Positions 22,965 to 37,205 of a stretch of DNA of 64,000 nt are shown in pieces. The notes below the pieces were generated by a model that did not search any database, had not been told where the DNA came from, and worked only from the letters and a program-made list of their open reading frames with translations. How positions within the stretch are numbered: position 1 is the stretch's first letter; each line of letters begins with the position of its first letter. The stretch comes from Diplonema japonicum (taxonomy: Eukaryota; Protista; Euglenozoa: Diplonemea): assembly GCA_964019335.1 (NCBI GenBank), contig OZ025649.1:930001-994000 (forward strand), given 5' to 3'. The position numbers were made by a program, and so were the translations under genes.

Positions 22965-24176
22965 ATGTTTCATGTCACTTTGCGAAGACAGCGGCGTTGG
23001 CTAGTCCATAGGCCTTCAGTGGATTATGTACCACGCCGGATGGATGATGGGGCGGCAGCGAAGCACTTGCGAGGAATATTGAAAAAGGCACCAAAGGCGA
23101 AGGGTGATTATGTCAAAGCCGGCAGCGTGTTCCGCAGGATCGTCTGGGAGAAGCACTCATTGGTCGCTTCAGAGAGTGAGATAGGAATACAGGTGTACGA
23201 GGTTTTATTCAAGTGGTGTGCTGAGGTGGGCCAGAAGGAGTATATGCAGTGCCTCGAAAAGGAAATGAGCGAGAGAGGGATTGAGAAGTCAGTGGTTGTT
23301 GTCACCAGCCTAATGCGTGTGGCAGACGACCCTACGCAGTTCATCTTATTTTTCGAGGATCGTGGCATCCCTTTACCCCATGGTGCCGTCAAGGCGCTGT
23401 TTTCCTTCTACGCACGAACAGGAGACCAAGAGGCTGCAACTAAGCTATATAGATCTGTACACTTGAACGAGACGTTTCGTGCGATGATGATACGGTGCTG
23501 CGTTTCGATGGGGGAGGCGCTTCCCTATTTCCATTCTTTGACCACACGCAGCAAGCCCAGGTACGGCGTGGACGCCCTTCTCAGCGTATGCCTGCGCACG
23601 ATGGACACAGACAACGCGATGAAGCTTCTGAGGTTCGCAGTCAGCAGGGATACAGACTCAGCAAATAAGTACAACATCACGGCACTATTGTTCTTCAAGG
23701 CGGGCATGCAGGCGGAGGTGGAAATCGTCATGAACCTGATGTCAGAAAGGGGGAGGGTACCTGATTTCCACACGTACAGCACCTATTTTAGCTCTTTGGC
23801 CGCTTTAGCAGCCGAGGGCTGCCATGAGGCAATAGGCAAGGCTGAGTCCTTGTTCCGACAGGCAATTCTCGATGAGAAGCTTCGAGGCTCTCAAAGGATA
23901 TATGGTGGTATTCTTGAGGTATATAGCAAGGTAGGTGCATTACAAAAGGCAGAGAGAGTCCGTGAGGTTCAACGCGGCTACAAGGTGAAGGAGAGCAGTC
24001 GCTTCTTAGATCTTTACCGAGAATGTCAGCTTTCCGCAGGCTATCTTCCTTCATCTCCAGTTTCAGAGCTAGCTAACACCCCAGTTTCAGTCGCACCCCC
24101 GTCCGTGGCGAAGAGTAGGAACAATGTTTGCAAGGAGAGTATTACCGATGTTGATTGGTACAAGCTCAACACGTAG
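22965..24176 (+). CDS. Pentatricopeptide-repeat (PPR) protein, probably mitochondrial
   Basis: Presequence MFHVTLRRQRRWL; PPR-like units EMSERGIEKSVVVVTSLM, LMSERGRVPDFHTYST, YGGILEVYSKVG. Confidence 0.75.
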   Translation: MFHVTLRRQRRWLVHRPSVDYVPRRMDDGAAAKHLRGILKKAPKAKGDYVKAGSVFRRIVWEKHSLVASESEIGIQVYEVLFKWCAEVGQKEYMQCLEKEMSERGIEKSVVVVTSLMRVADDPTQFILFFEDRGIPLPHGAVKALFSFYARTGDQEAATKLYRSVHLNETFRAMMIRCCVSMGEALPYFHSLTTRSKPRYGVDALLSVCLRTMDTDNAMKLLRFAVSRDTDSANKYNITALLFFKAGMQAEVEIVMNLMSERGRVPDFHTYSTYFSSLAALAAEGCHEAIGKAESLFRQAILDEKLRGSQRIYGGILEVYSKVGALQKAERVREVQRGYKVKESSRFLDLYRECQLSAGYLPSSPVSELANTPVSVAPPSVAKSRNNVCKESITDVDWYKLNT

Positions 24177-24241
24177 CAGTTTTCATTATTAGCTTTCCTG
24201 GCTAAAGACAACCGACAGGCCTTACACAGAATTATGATACC

Positions 24242-27200
24242 ATGTGCAGCTTCATAGCAGTTGTATTATCTCTTGCTGCTAGAGGCTCCTTCGAGGAACA
24301 GAGGCTTACCCGCATCTATGCTCTCTCTGAGGAGCATACTGTGGCTTCATTTGAGTGGGATCTTGTAGGCCGACAGTATGCGCCTTCGGCAGGGGGCGAT
24401 GTACTGAGTAATGTAAACGCTCTCGAAATGTCTGACGGGAAGAACTTTCTCAATTTGTACAACTACGACTGGAGCAGATGCCGGCAGGGGGATCTCCTGG
24501 AGTTTAGGATGGCATTCCCTCTGGATACAATACCATCTCTGCATTGGAAGCAGAGCTCTGTGCCCACGTCGTCCTCCCCAGTCGAGGGGTACGAGGCTGT
24601 TGATGTTCAGATGCCTGGCTCTGGTGGCACATCGTTCGTTGGACTCCGCAGGGCAGTGTCTTGGGCTGTATTAGATGGAAGCCGTGGTGGTATTGGCTAC
24701 CCAGGCCTTGGGGTGTCGATGTTGTCGGGTCAGTCTCTCCTCCCTGGCCCTTGCCATGCAGCAAATGATTCCACGGCATGGAGGTCGGCCTCCCTTGCGC
24801 CGAGTGGCTGTATCGGTGTGCTTGCAGTTGAGCTTTATGTTAGAAGAAGTACAGCTCAGCAGTACCACGTTGCTGTACGACCGAGTTCTGCATGCCAGTT
24901 AGGAAGGTGGGTGTATGTGACAACGAATAAGGGTCTTGCGAGGATTCCATTCAATACCATGTCTCGTTCTCTGCAGCACCTCACTTCTTCGTGTGACGTA
25001 CCAGGGTACTCAGTTTGGCTCGGGTGCTCGGGTCGCCATGTCGGAGTTTCAGGTGATGCAGTGTCTTGTGTAGTGAGTGACGGCTTGCTCGGGTTTAACC
25101 TTACCGAAGGCAGGGCATACCTAGAATCACATGTATTCCCTGTGGGTGTTGAGGATTTCACCGTCGCGGCGTGGCTCAGGTTTCTCGGAAGCAATTCTAC
25201 AGGAGGCGCCACAACTATCATATCTATGGGTGCTCTGCGCGTGCAAGTGGACCACGACACCCCGATGATTGAGTGTATTCTTGATATCAGCACAAACTTC
25301 TCGGTTGCATACCACACTCAGTGGAGTGTGCTATCTAGTCCACATCACTTTGCTTGTGTAAGGTCAGAATCTGGTACAGTACTGCAGTTGTTCGTGGATG
25401 GGGTGCTTGTTGATTCCCATAGGTCGTTGGTTGCGTTCGCGATCCCTCAGCAAGGTGAGGTGGGTTATGTGGGTTCCGCTTTTGTAAGTGACTTCAGACT
25501 CTACAACAGGGTGGTGCTGGTGGACGAGATGCGTGCGCTAACGTCTTGCGACAAGGGGGGTCCTTCTTCAGGCATCTTGTGCGATGCTGAGAATCAGGTT
25601 GTCTACTTTGGAGTCAGCCAGCAGGCGTTGCCGGGGACGTGTCGTGTTCGGTTCTACGACGTGCTGACAGGCCTGACGCGGGGTGTGTCGTCTTCTTGTC
25701 CTCAGTCGTCAAGCGCGCTGCACGGCATAGGCTTCGTGCGGTCCCTTAGCAAGAGTGGCCGTGATATACTAATGTCTGGCGAAGGGTCTTGGGCGCTTGT
25801 TTCCATCAGCGACAATGCTGACGTTGTTTTTATCAGTGTCGATAGTGCTTATGCGTGCAGCAGTTCTTTGGGTTCTGTATATGCTACTCGGGGTTCTTCC
25901 GTAGACGCTCTGATGTCTAGGTACGGCACCTACTGGCTTCGGGGAGTATACGATGGGCGTGGTGGGTGGCCTGCCGCGTCATGTGCTGCTTCACCTGCTT
26001 CCATTTTCATTGGCGACCAGTGGGGCGTGCTGCAAGTGGACAGTGTGAGCAAGAGGTCGCTACGAGTCATAGGCTTCGTAGGTGGCGGTTCATCATATTG
26101 GAGGCCGCGGCACGATGGATTGAAGGCAACGGAGGTTCCAGTTGGAGAGGTTACGCACATCAGCATAACTGACATGGGTACGTTAGTCATAGTTGGTGGG
26201 GGAGGGATATTTGTGTATCATGGAGCAGTACGGCAGGTGAGACACAAGCTTGTTTACGGACAGGTGGGCCTGAGAGCACAGGGTATTCGTGTTCCTGAAT
26301 GGTCGGTTGAAAGGAGTAACGTTGCACCGCGTCAGGAGGAGATCATAGCTACAGTGACGACTGCAACGCAACAGGCCTGCATCCGTGAGTGCACCGGGCT
26401 GTCGTCGTGCACTGGCTATGTTTGGTATGCTTCTTCTTCCACGTGCAGCATGGTGAGTACAGTCGATGTACCCCTTATGGAGGCTGGTAGTGGTGACTTT
26501 CACAGAAAGACCCTGGTGGTGGATTTTCAGAGTGCTGCGCATTTGGATTATAGTAGATTATCAGGCATCTTGGATGTTGTGCCTCATGCAATGTGCGAGC
26601 TTCGTGGCTTTCTTTATGTGGTCGGCGGCAATAGGCTGCTCCGCCTCGACCTCTCCACTCAGTCAATTTCTCATATCAGTGGAAATGGTGAAGCATCTTC
26701 CAGGCCTGCTGCTGATGGCTCTGCAACCGTGCATACAGAGCTGGTGGACGGCCCTATAGTTTGCCACCCCTCTGGGCTGCTCTACATGGGCCAGATGGCA
26801 CACTCGTGCGTGCGGTCTTTCAACATCTCTTCCCATGAGCTACGGACAGTTGCAGGGACTTGTGGTGTCACGACGAACACTTCGGCTCCTTCTGGTTGGA
26901 CATCCTCCTCCGCCTCAATATCCCCTCCTTCGGGGCTTTCTCTTGATGGAGAGGGCACTTCCCTGTTCATTGCGACTCCGCAGACGTACGTTGTGTGGGA
27001 GATGCTTCTGCAGCAGGGACTCATGAGGATTGTCGCAGGAAATGGTACGCAGCACCCCGCTGGATCTGTGAGCTCTTCTGGCAATGCGACTGACACATCG
27101 TTCCTGTTTCCCATGGCAGTGACTTGGTACGGTGGCATAGATGGGAAGAGCATTTTAATACGGGATTCACGCGTCGGACCTGGCACACTGCTGGACTTGA

Positions 27201-30200
27201 GCTCCGGTGATGGTTACACAGGCTCATGGATCAGTGGTGATGCTTATGCAGTTGCGCAGCCTGTTTCTAGGAGCGATCTGGCGAAGACGGGTGAAGGCGA
27301 TTATCCCTCTGCTAGCGAAGCACATATACCGGGAACATCGAAAGGAGGCATGGTACTTCTAGGCGACACGGTTTACCTGCCAGCATCAAGGTGGCCGTAC
27401 GGTGTTATGGCAGTCTCACGGTCATCAGGGGGTGTTGCCCGCCTGCCTGGCTTTGACGACTTATTGGGTGCTACGGTTTCCTCGTCTTCTGACGGCACGT
27501 CACTATTTGTCGGTGGCAGCAGCCACGGGAGCGGCGTCGTGTGGCAGGTTGATGGGCTGCCTTCATCCGCGCTTTCGCTGAACGGTGTGGCTGCGTATCA
27601 CAATATCTTCGGGGGGTTTGAGAAAGGGTTCACATTACATCTTAGCCTGCGCTACGATGTGAGCATAGGTAGCGGAAACTGGACGTGTCTCATGAGCTAT
27701 GATTATGATTCCATTGTCTTGTATGTTCAGGAGGATGCCTTCTTCATATCGGTGGAGGGCGACACGGCAGCAGTGCCCGCTTCGCTTGCTGATGGGCTGT
27801 GGCACAGGGTTGCAGTCGGGTGGTCCGTGTCTGGTAGGTGGTTCGTGGATTTAGATGGTGTTAGGACGAAGGGCACCAGCATTGGAGCCGGTACACTTTT
27901 CTCTCTGACCGGGAGACTGGTCTTTGGGTGCGGAGACACGGTGGACAGGTCCCTTGTGCCCGATGCCAGTCTTGCGGACACCTATGTATCTCTACATGAC
28001 GTTTCGCTGCTAAGTGATTACAGCGAGGTTCTATCTCCCGTGCTTGATGTGGGACATTGGTCACTCGATGGCCACGGTAAGGACTCTCTAGGAATGCACC
28101 ATCTAAGTATCGATTCAGGTGCCTTCTTCTCACTTGGCCCTGAGCGCTTGATTCCTCGCTTTACATCTCCTCTCGATATTTCTGACAGAGATGTTGTTGT
28201 TCTTGATGGGGGTGCCTCCTGGTCAGAAGGGGGCCCGTGCTCAAATAGTATTTTGTTGACAGGCGTCTATCAGGGAGCGCACTTAGGGTACGCACCTGTG
28301 GCTGATATTGTGGAGAGTAGGATGTTGTACTTGTCTGCTTGGGTGAGGCCACTAGTCTCAGATAGAAGCAAGCAGCAGGTTATTATATCAGTTGGTGAGA
28401 TGTCCCTGCTCCTTACGAGTTCTTTGTTTCCGGCAGCAGCAATGGGAAATGGTATCTGCTCAGGCATCGTAAAGGTGCACGCGGGTGAATGGTCGCTTCT
28501 CTCGGCGCGATATGATCTTGCATCTCAGATTGTCACTGTGCAGTACAATCGCGACGCGGTAGGTGTATGCCCTTTTACATGTGGCTTAGGCACGCCAGCT
28601 CCTGTCATGGTGGGAATTACGAGTGATAGACTGCATGCATTCAAGGGGCAGATAGCGATGCCAATAGTTGCAGCTGATGACGCTTGCATCAGATGCTCGC
28701 AACCCAACCAGGCAGCTCCTCAGCTCCTCATAGGAGCTGGTGGTACAACTTATTACGACGGGTCAGTGAGGTACAAGGGGTCTCAAATGCAATACACCAC
28801 GACTGTTATAGCGGTAAGCGAAGCAGCAGACTTTTCAATGGGTGCATGGGTCTATCGTCAGAGTGCTACTGGGCCAGTTTTACTGTTCGGTGTTCCTGAC
28901 AAGGTGCCGGAGTTTTCAGGAAGGTGGTGTGTAGACGGCTTCGTTGGTGACATGAGCGGCGCTATTGGTACCAACTTCTCTGCTGTAGATCATTTAACTA
29001 TGCCGCCAGCGGGTCGCTCAGGGCCAGTTTGTAGTGCTGCAAATTACTTGCTGGCATCTGCATCATGGCCGGCACATGGTTCCGTTTCTGCTTGGGTTCA
29101 GTATCTATCGGAGCCTGCGGTGTGGGCTCAGCCAATTGTGAGTTGGTCGACAGATGATCAAGCATCATACTTTTCTCTAGTTGTGGGCTCCCAGATGCAT
29201 TCTGATAGCCTTGAAGGCCAGTGGTGTACAGATAGTCTTGTTGTGACAGATGGCGGGCCGTACAACAGGCGACTGGCTCCACTAGCCGTGGGTTCAGGTG
29301 GGTCTCCGTTTGTTAACCATACAGGTTCTCATTATGCTTGTGTGTTTGACGAGCAGTCTTCTCCTTTGTGGGCAGAAGCCACACCTTCTGGTCATGCTGC
29401 CATGCCTCGTTCTGGCACATATACTACTTGGGTATTCATCGACAGTAGTTTTTCGGGAGACTCGGCGGCCTTCACACTACTAGAAGCAGTGCGACCTCAC
29501 TATTTAGATCCTAACGTCAGGTTGCACGTATCTCATTGCTCGGGTAGCGGCTACTGTTCCCTTTCGCTGAGCGTTAGGCCCCGATCAAGTGCAACAGTTA
29601 TCCAGGTGTCATCGTGGCCACATATGGACGTTCCCCTTAACACCTGGGTTCACGTTGCAGCAACCTGGGACGGTGATAATAATAATATGGTGACATTGTA
29701 CGTGGATGGCCATGTGGTGAAGGAGGGCACTATCTCGGGAGATGTGCAGGATGCATCTATGCTAGTGATAGGTGGCAGACCCGACAGCGAGGAGAACTTG
29801 AAGGGCATGCTTCATGATGTGCGAATCTACAGATCGTCTCTGAGCCCAGCAGAGATCCAGTCCCTAGCAAGGCGTACAGAAACGACTCTTTCTTACTTGT
29901 CATGGGGAGTGAATGATACAGCGATCAGATGCGTCGACACTACATCTTCTGCAGGAGCCTTTCCAGTCGGTGAGTGGGTTCATGTCACAGCTAGTTGGGG
30001 AAGGGAGGGGTCATGGGTTCATGAGAGGAGCGCTTCCGGCCATGTACGCATGACTCAGTGCAGAGAGGTAGCCAATTCTACGCTTGGCCGCAGCACATTA
30101 GATATTATGAGGCTGGGTCACAAGCTCGCAGGCAGTCTATCTCTAGATACCAAGGCGTACATTTATGATGTGCGACTCGTGGAAGGTAGTATTAGCTTGC

Positions 30201-33200
30201 AGGACACGGACTGGTTGTTTTCTCAGCCTGATTGGTCACTGAGTGTGAAGCTCATGGCAAGTGGGGTTCCTGTCCTGAGTAGTCAATACCACAGCTGGAC
30301 ATGTACCCAGGCTGCCGTCCTTCTTGCCACCTGGGTACACATTTCTGTTAACTGGGGACAGGAAGCAGTCACATGGTACTTAAATGGCGAACAGGTGTGC
30401 AGGTCAGACACGACGAGCACACCTCCAGCTATGTATGGTACTGGTTATGTAGGAGGGTCTCCTTGGGGGTGGTACTTTGATGGGTATTTAAGCACCCTCT
30501 TCGTCACCCCGCGCTCACAGCATGTGGGCAGTGTTAAGCGGCTGATGCAAGGCTCAGAGGCTGTATCTGCTGACTGCGACCTTTTGTCGTGGTTCCCTTT
30601 CGATGATGATGCTGATGATGTGTTTCGCATGCATAGCTTCCGGGGGCACTTCGCTTTGAGTTCAGGGCACGGCAATGGGATGAGTTTGATTGCTGAAGCG
30701 GACAACACGCTCTCTTCAGATGATTGGTGGGGCATCAGTGGTGCCCCTGCTGTCTCGTTGTCTATTTGGGTAAGACACAAGGACTCTCTTAAGTCAGGTG
30801 GTCTTCCTGTTTTTCTGGGTTCTGACAGGGAGGATGGACCTAGATGGAGCGAGGGAAGTGGAACAGCACCAGTAAACGAGTGTTTCAGGGAGTCTCGAGT
30901 AGTGTTGAGCTTCTCGTTTGACACTGCACTCGACGCCACTGGGAGAAATCGCAATAAGGTGAGCAGGCAGAGCAACGTTGACATTGTAGCTGGGCGTCAC
31001 GGCAGTGGGGTTAGGCTAGCTTCGAACAGTTTCTTGAAGGGTCTTGATCAGGCTGCAGGAGGGAGCAGGGATGCAGGACTCACGGTCATGTTCTGGGTGT
31101 ATCACAGCAAGCCGGGCGCGGTACGTACCATGGATGAAAGACGTGCGTTGTATGAGGTGGCGAGAGAAGATGGCGATTCTGGAAGAGCCATTCTCGCATG
31201 TCAGTCTGATGATGAGAAGTACGTCTACATGGCCTTTGACACCCCAGGAGGTGTTCAAGGGCCTGATAGCAGTGCTAGACACTTTGTCTACAATCAGTGG
31301 CAACATGTTGCAGCTACTATTGACAGCAGTGGAGAAGCATCTGTTTTCAGAGACGGCATTATTGTGTGGTCCGGGAGCGCTGTAAACGCATCTTCGCCGT
31401 GGGTGTGGGGCACCTCATCTACTATTGTAGGACACTACAATAAGGGCTATCGGGTGCAGGAGGGGGTGAGTTGTGGTGATCCGTCAGCTTCTTTTGTGCA
31501 CCCCATGCCTGATGGGTCCAACTCCACTTACCTGATAGGTACAGTGCATGAGTGTAAGGAGAGATGTGACGCCTACAGCGAATGCGATGGTTTCGTATAC
31601 ATCTATCCTGGGGATGAAGCGCCGCCACACAGATGTTATTTCAGAACATCTACTTCTTACTCTGTGCCCGACCCACAGCGCGTGTGTTTTACGAAGGGGC
31701 GAGGTGCATCGTCTCAGTTTGCCGACTTTGTCATCGATGACCTGGTGGTGCTCGATTATGCTGCGCCACTGGCATGTGTTCAGGAGGCATTCAGTGATTA
31801 CAGTGCTGCAAGCCCATGCACAGACACAATCCCCGACGCAGCTGTGTCCATGAAGATCTCTTTTGCTACTGATCCTGGTAACCATCTTATGGCAGTTAGT
31901 GATGGCGTTCCAGTGGCTGCACTAGATGGTGTCACTGTTTTTGATGGGACCGCTTCTCTTTCTGGCATATCCGCGATCACTGCAGTTCAGGGGTGCACTT
32001 TGGTTGATATGCACGCTATTTTAGGAGGCGAGTCCTACGACGCCCCCGTTATCGATTTAGAGCTTCCTTTATACACAGGTCGGTTGTATTCACTGCGTAT
32101 TCAGGCAGGTAACAGCGACACAGTGGATCACGTACTTCGAGTTGATAGTTGGACAGAGGTGATCATTCCAGGTCAGAGCACAAAGCAGTGGTTCAGCGCA
32201 ATTAGCGTCGTCACAGCTGACCTCGCGACGTGGAACATCACGTATGCAGGTGAAGGGTGGTTTGGTGGGAATGTTACGGTCTACCAGTTGGAGGTATGTG
32301 GTGCTGGCACTGAGAACACTACGTGCATGGCGTGGCGATGTACGTGTCAAGGTGCATCTGACTACTTTGGCATCAGCAGTGAGACTGATGGCTGCACTGA
32401 TGTCATCTCCATGACGTGGTGGCAGGCGAGCTTGTGCGCAACTTATCCACAGGTCGGCAGGCATCAGGCGTGTTCTTCGCAGAGGCCCTCTTGGAGTATT
32501 TCATGGTGGATGAAGCCAGAGGGAGACGAGGTACAAGCCATACTTCCTTCAGCTATCGGGCATAATTGTAGTCTTGTGCATGAGGCTGTCAGGTCGTCTG
32601 CCCATGTTTCGCTTGGTGTCTGGCAGTGGTTCTTGTGTAAGAGTGCAGGTGGTCTTGTAATCCACTCTACAGTGGATGGTATCGGGTCTGAAGTGTGGTG
32701 GCACGACGGTGCTCCAGAGTTCCTTGTTGGCTCCTGGTCGCATGTCACGGTGGTGGTTGATGGAACTTCTAGACGGCTCTACAAGGATGGGGCACTCATT
32801 CACTCCCACAACAGACCCTCTATGCAGCTGCAGTGGCATTCTACAACACAGTTTTTCGTATCGTCCTCAAACAGCAGCAGCCCTCTCCTTGTCCATGATA
32901 TTTTTGTGGTACAAGGTTCTTATTGCGATCCTATATACCGCAACCTTGCGATATCAGGGATAGTGCCGTATGCATCACGTGTAGTCCCGTGTCAGCTATC
33001 AGCAAGCCGCCCTATTGTGCAGAACGGGCTGTGGGCTTACTACACTTTCGATGAAGGTTGGACGAGTGGTGGGGGTAGAGTGTTGCATGACAGTTCACGT
33101 AACAGGCGGCACCTGGTGGCTGTACCATCTGACAGTGCTTCGCTTGGTGCCGAGACGCATTCCGGTGCAGTGGCAGGTGCTGGTGGGTCCTACAGGGTTA

Positions 33201-36200
33201 GTTCTGTTCCTTTGCGCCAGGGCTATTCTCCTTCCAGTGGGCAGCTATCAGTTAGTTTTTGGGTAAACGCGCTTTGGACTGGGTACCAAGGTGAGGTACT
33301 GAGGAACTCCGTAACTCGAATTGTTTGTGAGACACGTGCCTGTGACTTGGTATCCGCAGGGTCGGTATTGACTGTCGTGGGCAACGTTTCACAGGACGTA
33401 TGCAAAGATCTGTGCATGAGTGATACTAGGTGCAGGGTGGCGACGTGGACACAGGGACTTGGAAGGATGTGTACTCTTGGTGAGTACTTAACGAGTTCGC
33501 CTCGTATCTTTCGAGAGCCCGTACAAGGGGCTGCCTATGTAAAGAGAGGTGGTGAGATGGTTACCAGTTGTAGAACATCAGGTAAGCGGTGCAACCTGTT
33601 GCCGCATTCAGGACAGGACAGTATTGTCATTTCAGACGTGTCTCTGTCTGAGTGTAGGTCTAAGTGCACCGAGCACAGGTGTCAGGTGGGCCAGTGGTCT
33701 GCATCTGTCTGCACATTATCTCCTTCCATGGCATCCGAGCCTCGGTATAGTAGCGGTGAGGTGGTTACTTTTGAAGCAGATTTGCACCCGTCATTCGGTG
33801 CAGTTGTGTTCAGTACCGGGTGTGAGGGACAAGAGCTACGAGTTGGTACGGCCTTCGGAAAGGTATGCTGGGCTTCAATGGATACCACACAACCAGCAGC
33901 TTACGTTGGGGTTACGAAGTAACAGGTCGGAGGCCAGCAGGGGTGCCGTTCTACGATACGAGGAGTCACTTCTTCAGCACGCCAGGTGGCATCACGTGGT
34001 ATGTTAACATTGGTTACCCATGTACATCATTATATCAGGTCTTTGTGCACCATACGTCACGGGCTTCAATCTTCATTGACGGCAGTTTCATAGAAGCTGA
34101 GGATTTCAGGAACTTGGACTCCTTGTTACCAGGGACGTGGCCGTCTTTAGCTTGGTGCGAAGACGCAGAATGGTTGGTCGGAAGCCCAGAGGTGGAGGTC
34201 TTGTTCGATGATGTGGCGGTATGGAACAGGGCACTGGAGGACTCGGAGGCTATTGAAGTTTATAGAAGGACTGTGGGGTGGGCAGGGCTGTCACCCTCGG
34301 TGTGGCACCATATCGTGTGGACCATGGACAGAGGCTTGCAGACTTGGTACGTGGATGGTGTTATGAACAAGACATGTGGCTACATCGGAGGCGGTCGTGT
34401 GGTGGGTAAGGGTTCACTGAGGCTTGGTAGCGGTGGGGCAGGACAGTTGCATGGCAATGTGGATGATCTAAAGCTGTTCTCAAGAGTACTTACGGGTGAG
34501 GAGATACAGAGTCTCGCCCTTGGCAGGGCTGCTGTTTCCGAGAAGAGGAAAACAGCACTTTCCCCGCCGCCTTACGACGTCTCAGATTGGGTTTCTGACC
34601 CCCCATCTGGTGGGAATAATATTCAGGTAGCACATGGTACTTGCTCTGGCTGTTCGAGAGACTGCTCAGACTTGTGTCATGAGTCTCTGTACTCCTTCGA
34701 TGCGGGTGGCAAGGTGGTTGTCGATGAGTCAGGCAACGGGAGGCATGCATACTTAGATGGTCTCGAAGTGGGAGCTGGTGTTTTTGGCACCAGTTCTGTG
34801 AGGGTATGTTTATGTCTACCATATTATAAACTTAGGATCGTGGTGGTGGGTCTGTTGTGCTATCTGGTCCTGCCTACAGGGGCCTATGGGGTACGCAGCT
34901 CTCGCAGTCAGCAAAGGTGTCATTCATGGCATGGGTGATGCCTTTAGCAATGGTATATTGTGATTCGTTTTTCTTCTGAACACCTTCAGGACACTGGCAC
35001 AATTTTATCGATAAGTCCATCGGGTCACGAAGGAGTAAACAGTTCGCATACACTGTGGCAGGATGGTGGTGCTCTGTGTTCAGGGGTTCACGCGGCGAGC
35101 TGTTGTACAGAAGACATTCTGATACCACAGCAGTGGCAACACATTGCTATGAGCACAGCACTGGACAAGGGGTCTCTCGTCCTTTATCACAACGGTGTTC
35201 TGGCTGCAAGATGCAGGACTCTCGAAGGACTGGTCTCGCTTCCGGCTGATCCGTACGTGTCACTCTTCACCAGCGTGAAGGGCACAGGAGCAGGTTTTCT
35301 TGGCAGTCGGGAGTCTTTTAGCGGAAGTATTGACGATGCGCGTCTCTCTTCTGCTGAGTATTCGGATGATGCAGTGCTACACGTGTACCTTTCTACTTGT
35401 GACGACTGTGGTACGTGTGCTGAGGTGAGCAGAACTGTTCTCTCTCCTTCTGATGACGTAACGCTGTTTGGTGGCCCCGCTGTCGCTTTACGGTCGCGAA
35501 CCATTAAATGTACAAGTGACATCACTTCTGCTGAGGTGCTGATTAGCTCTTTCATACGAGACGGGGCTGTGTCCCTCAGTGTTCCGTTTGTCGGTCCTAG
35601 TTGCAGTGTGTTGTGTAACACGTCATCTGGGGTTCATCTTTTAGGTTGTGGTTTTTATAAGTCTTCCTTGAGCTATGTGGGAGATGGATGGTTTCATTGC
35701 GTGGCAAGACTCGCATCTCAGAAGAAGGGCAGGGCGACTGTCACCGTTGTGGTGCCCGATACAGTAGTTCTTGGTGCCTTCCAATACTCGGATGCATCAT
35801 CTTGTGGTGATGCTAAGATTAGCTATCCGGCAGAGTTATGTGATCCGCTGTTCCCAGGGAGCAGCCGGTGCTTGCCGGACCTGTGCACCATCGAATCCAA
35901 CCCTCACATCACCGATGTCCATTTCCAGCACGTGAGTCATTTACAGACTGCCGGTACTCATTTACAGATAGTGGCTCTGCCCTCTCTGTTGTCAAGAGGC
36001 ATCAAGGTTTTCATCTCAAACATGTTCAATTGTAGTGACGTTGACAGTCATCGTGTTGCTGTTTTCGACACTCGCGGCATTGCAGAGATACCTTCTACTG
36101 ATGCTGTATTTAGCACTACTGATCGGGGTACAGGTTATATATGTGGTCAGGTGTTCCCAATCACTGATCATCATGCTTACGGGGTATTGAAGAGAATGGC

Positions 36201-37122
36201 CCTTTATCCTTGCACGGGCCCGTGCTTGCAGGGCGGTACGTGTGACATCACCTCTGGTACTTGCGTTTGCCCCTTCGGCTTCACAGGCCCTTCTTGCGAT
36301 AAGATAGTTGACGGCTGCGCTATTGCCCCTGATGATGCATTCTGTCGTCAAGAAGGGGTTTTCGGTTTCACTTCCGTCTTGTCTATGGGGGGCTTTCCTA
36401 CAGCCCATGAGTTATACCGAGTGGACCCTTGCGTCAGCCCTGTGTGCGAGATGGCGGGAGGGTCTTGCCACGCTCCTGGCATATGTGCGTGTCCCGAGGG
36501 CTTTCAGCCGCCGCATTGTCTGGGGTGTGTTGCAGGCAGAACAGGAGTTCTGTGCGATCAGTACTTGTGTACAAGGTACTGCGAGCATGGAGAATGCCGT
36601 GTCTCTAGCAATGGTGTCTCGCAGAGGTGCATCTGTTCAGAAGGCTGGAGGGGAGATGATTGTTCCCGGCCGCACGCGTTTTTCAAAGGCTTGAACGAAA
36701 GTGAGAGCATTATTGTGTCGGAAGACGGCATGCAGATCACCTCATTGTCTCCCTTGTTGCGAGTGGTAATTGCTTTCCCACTTGACGATGATTTAGTCTT
36801 TGACTTTTCAGCATCTATCAGTGTCGGGTCTAGGGTGGGTCTGTGCAGAGCGGGCAGTCAGTCGGTAGTTGGGGGTGACGCCTCGAGCTGGGGCATCGAG
36901 GTACTCAAGAACGGTACATTACTGGCGTGTACTCATGGCAGCTGTTCAGCGCTCAGTGAGGGGTATGGAGCTAGGACATACACTATCCAGTTGGATACCT
37001 CATTTGTGATGTCTGTACGTAGTGGGCAGCATGCGATGCATGTGTTCGGTTCTGTTTGTACAGAGCAGGACTGTGTAGGATGTGCATCGCTTTCTAGCGG
37101 TGCCTTTATTTTGGTTCATTAA
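24242..37122 (+). CDS. Giant (~4,245 aa) secreted/surface multidomain protein: multiple LamG/ConA-like, PAN/apple, NHL-like propeller and EGF domains, SPRY-like C-terminus; 5 exons
   Basis: Signal peptide; repeated WxHVAxxW...LYVDG...DVRIY LamG motifs; CxxxC PAN modules; EGF CxCPxGFTGxxC; ORFs joined by introns 33863..33896, 33999..34038, 34804..34835, 34953..34989. Confidence 0.85.
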
Positions 37123-37205
37123 GGTTAGGTTGTCAGGCTGGGGTTTTATTCGCCTTCCTTGTCACAGTCATCTCTTCTAGGTTGCTATCTATTAAACGAA
37201 TTAAG

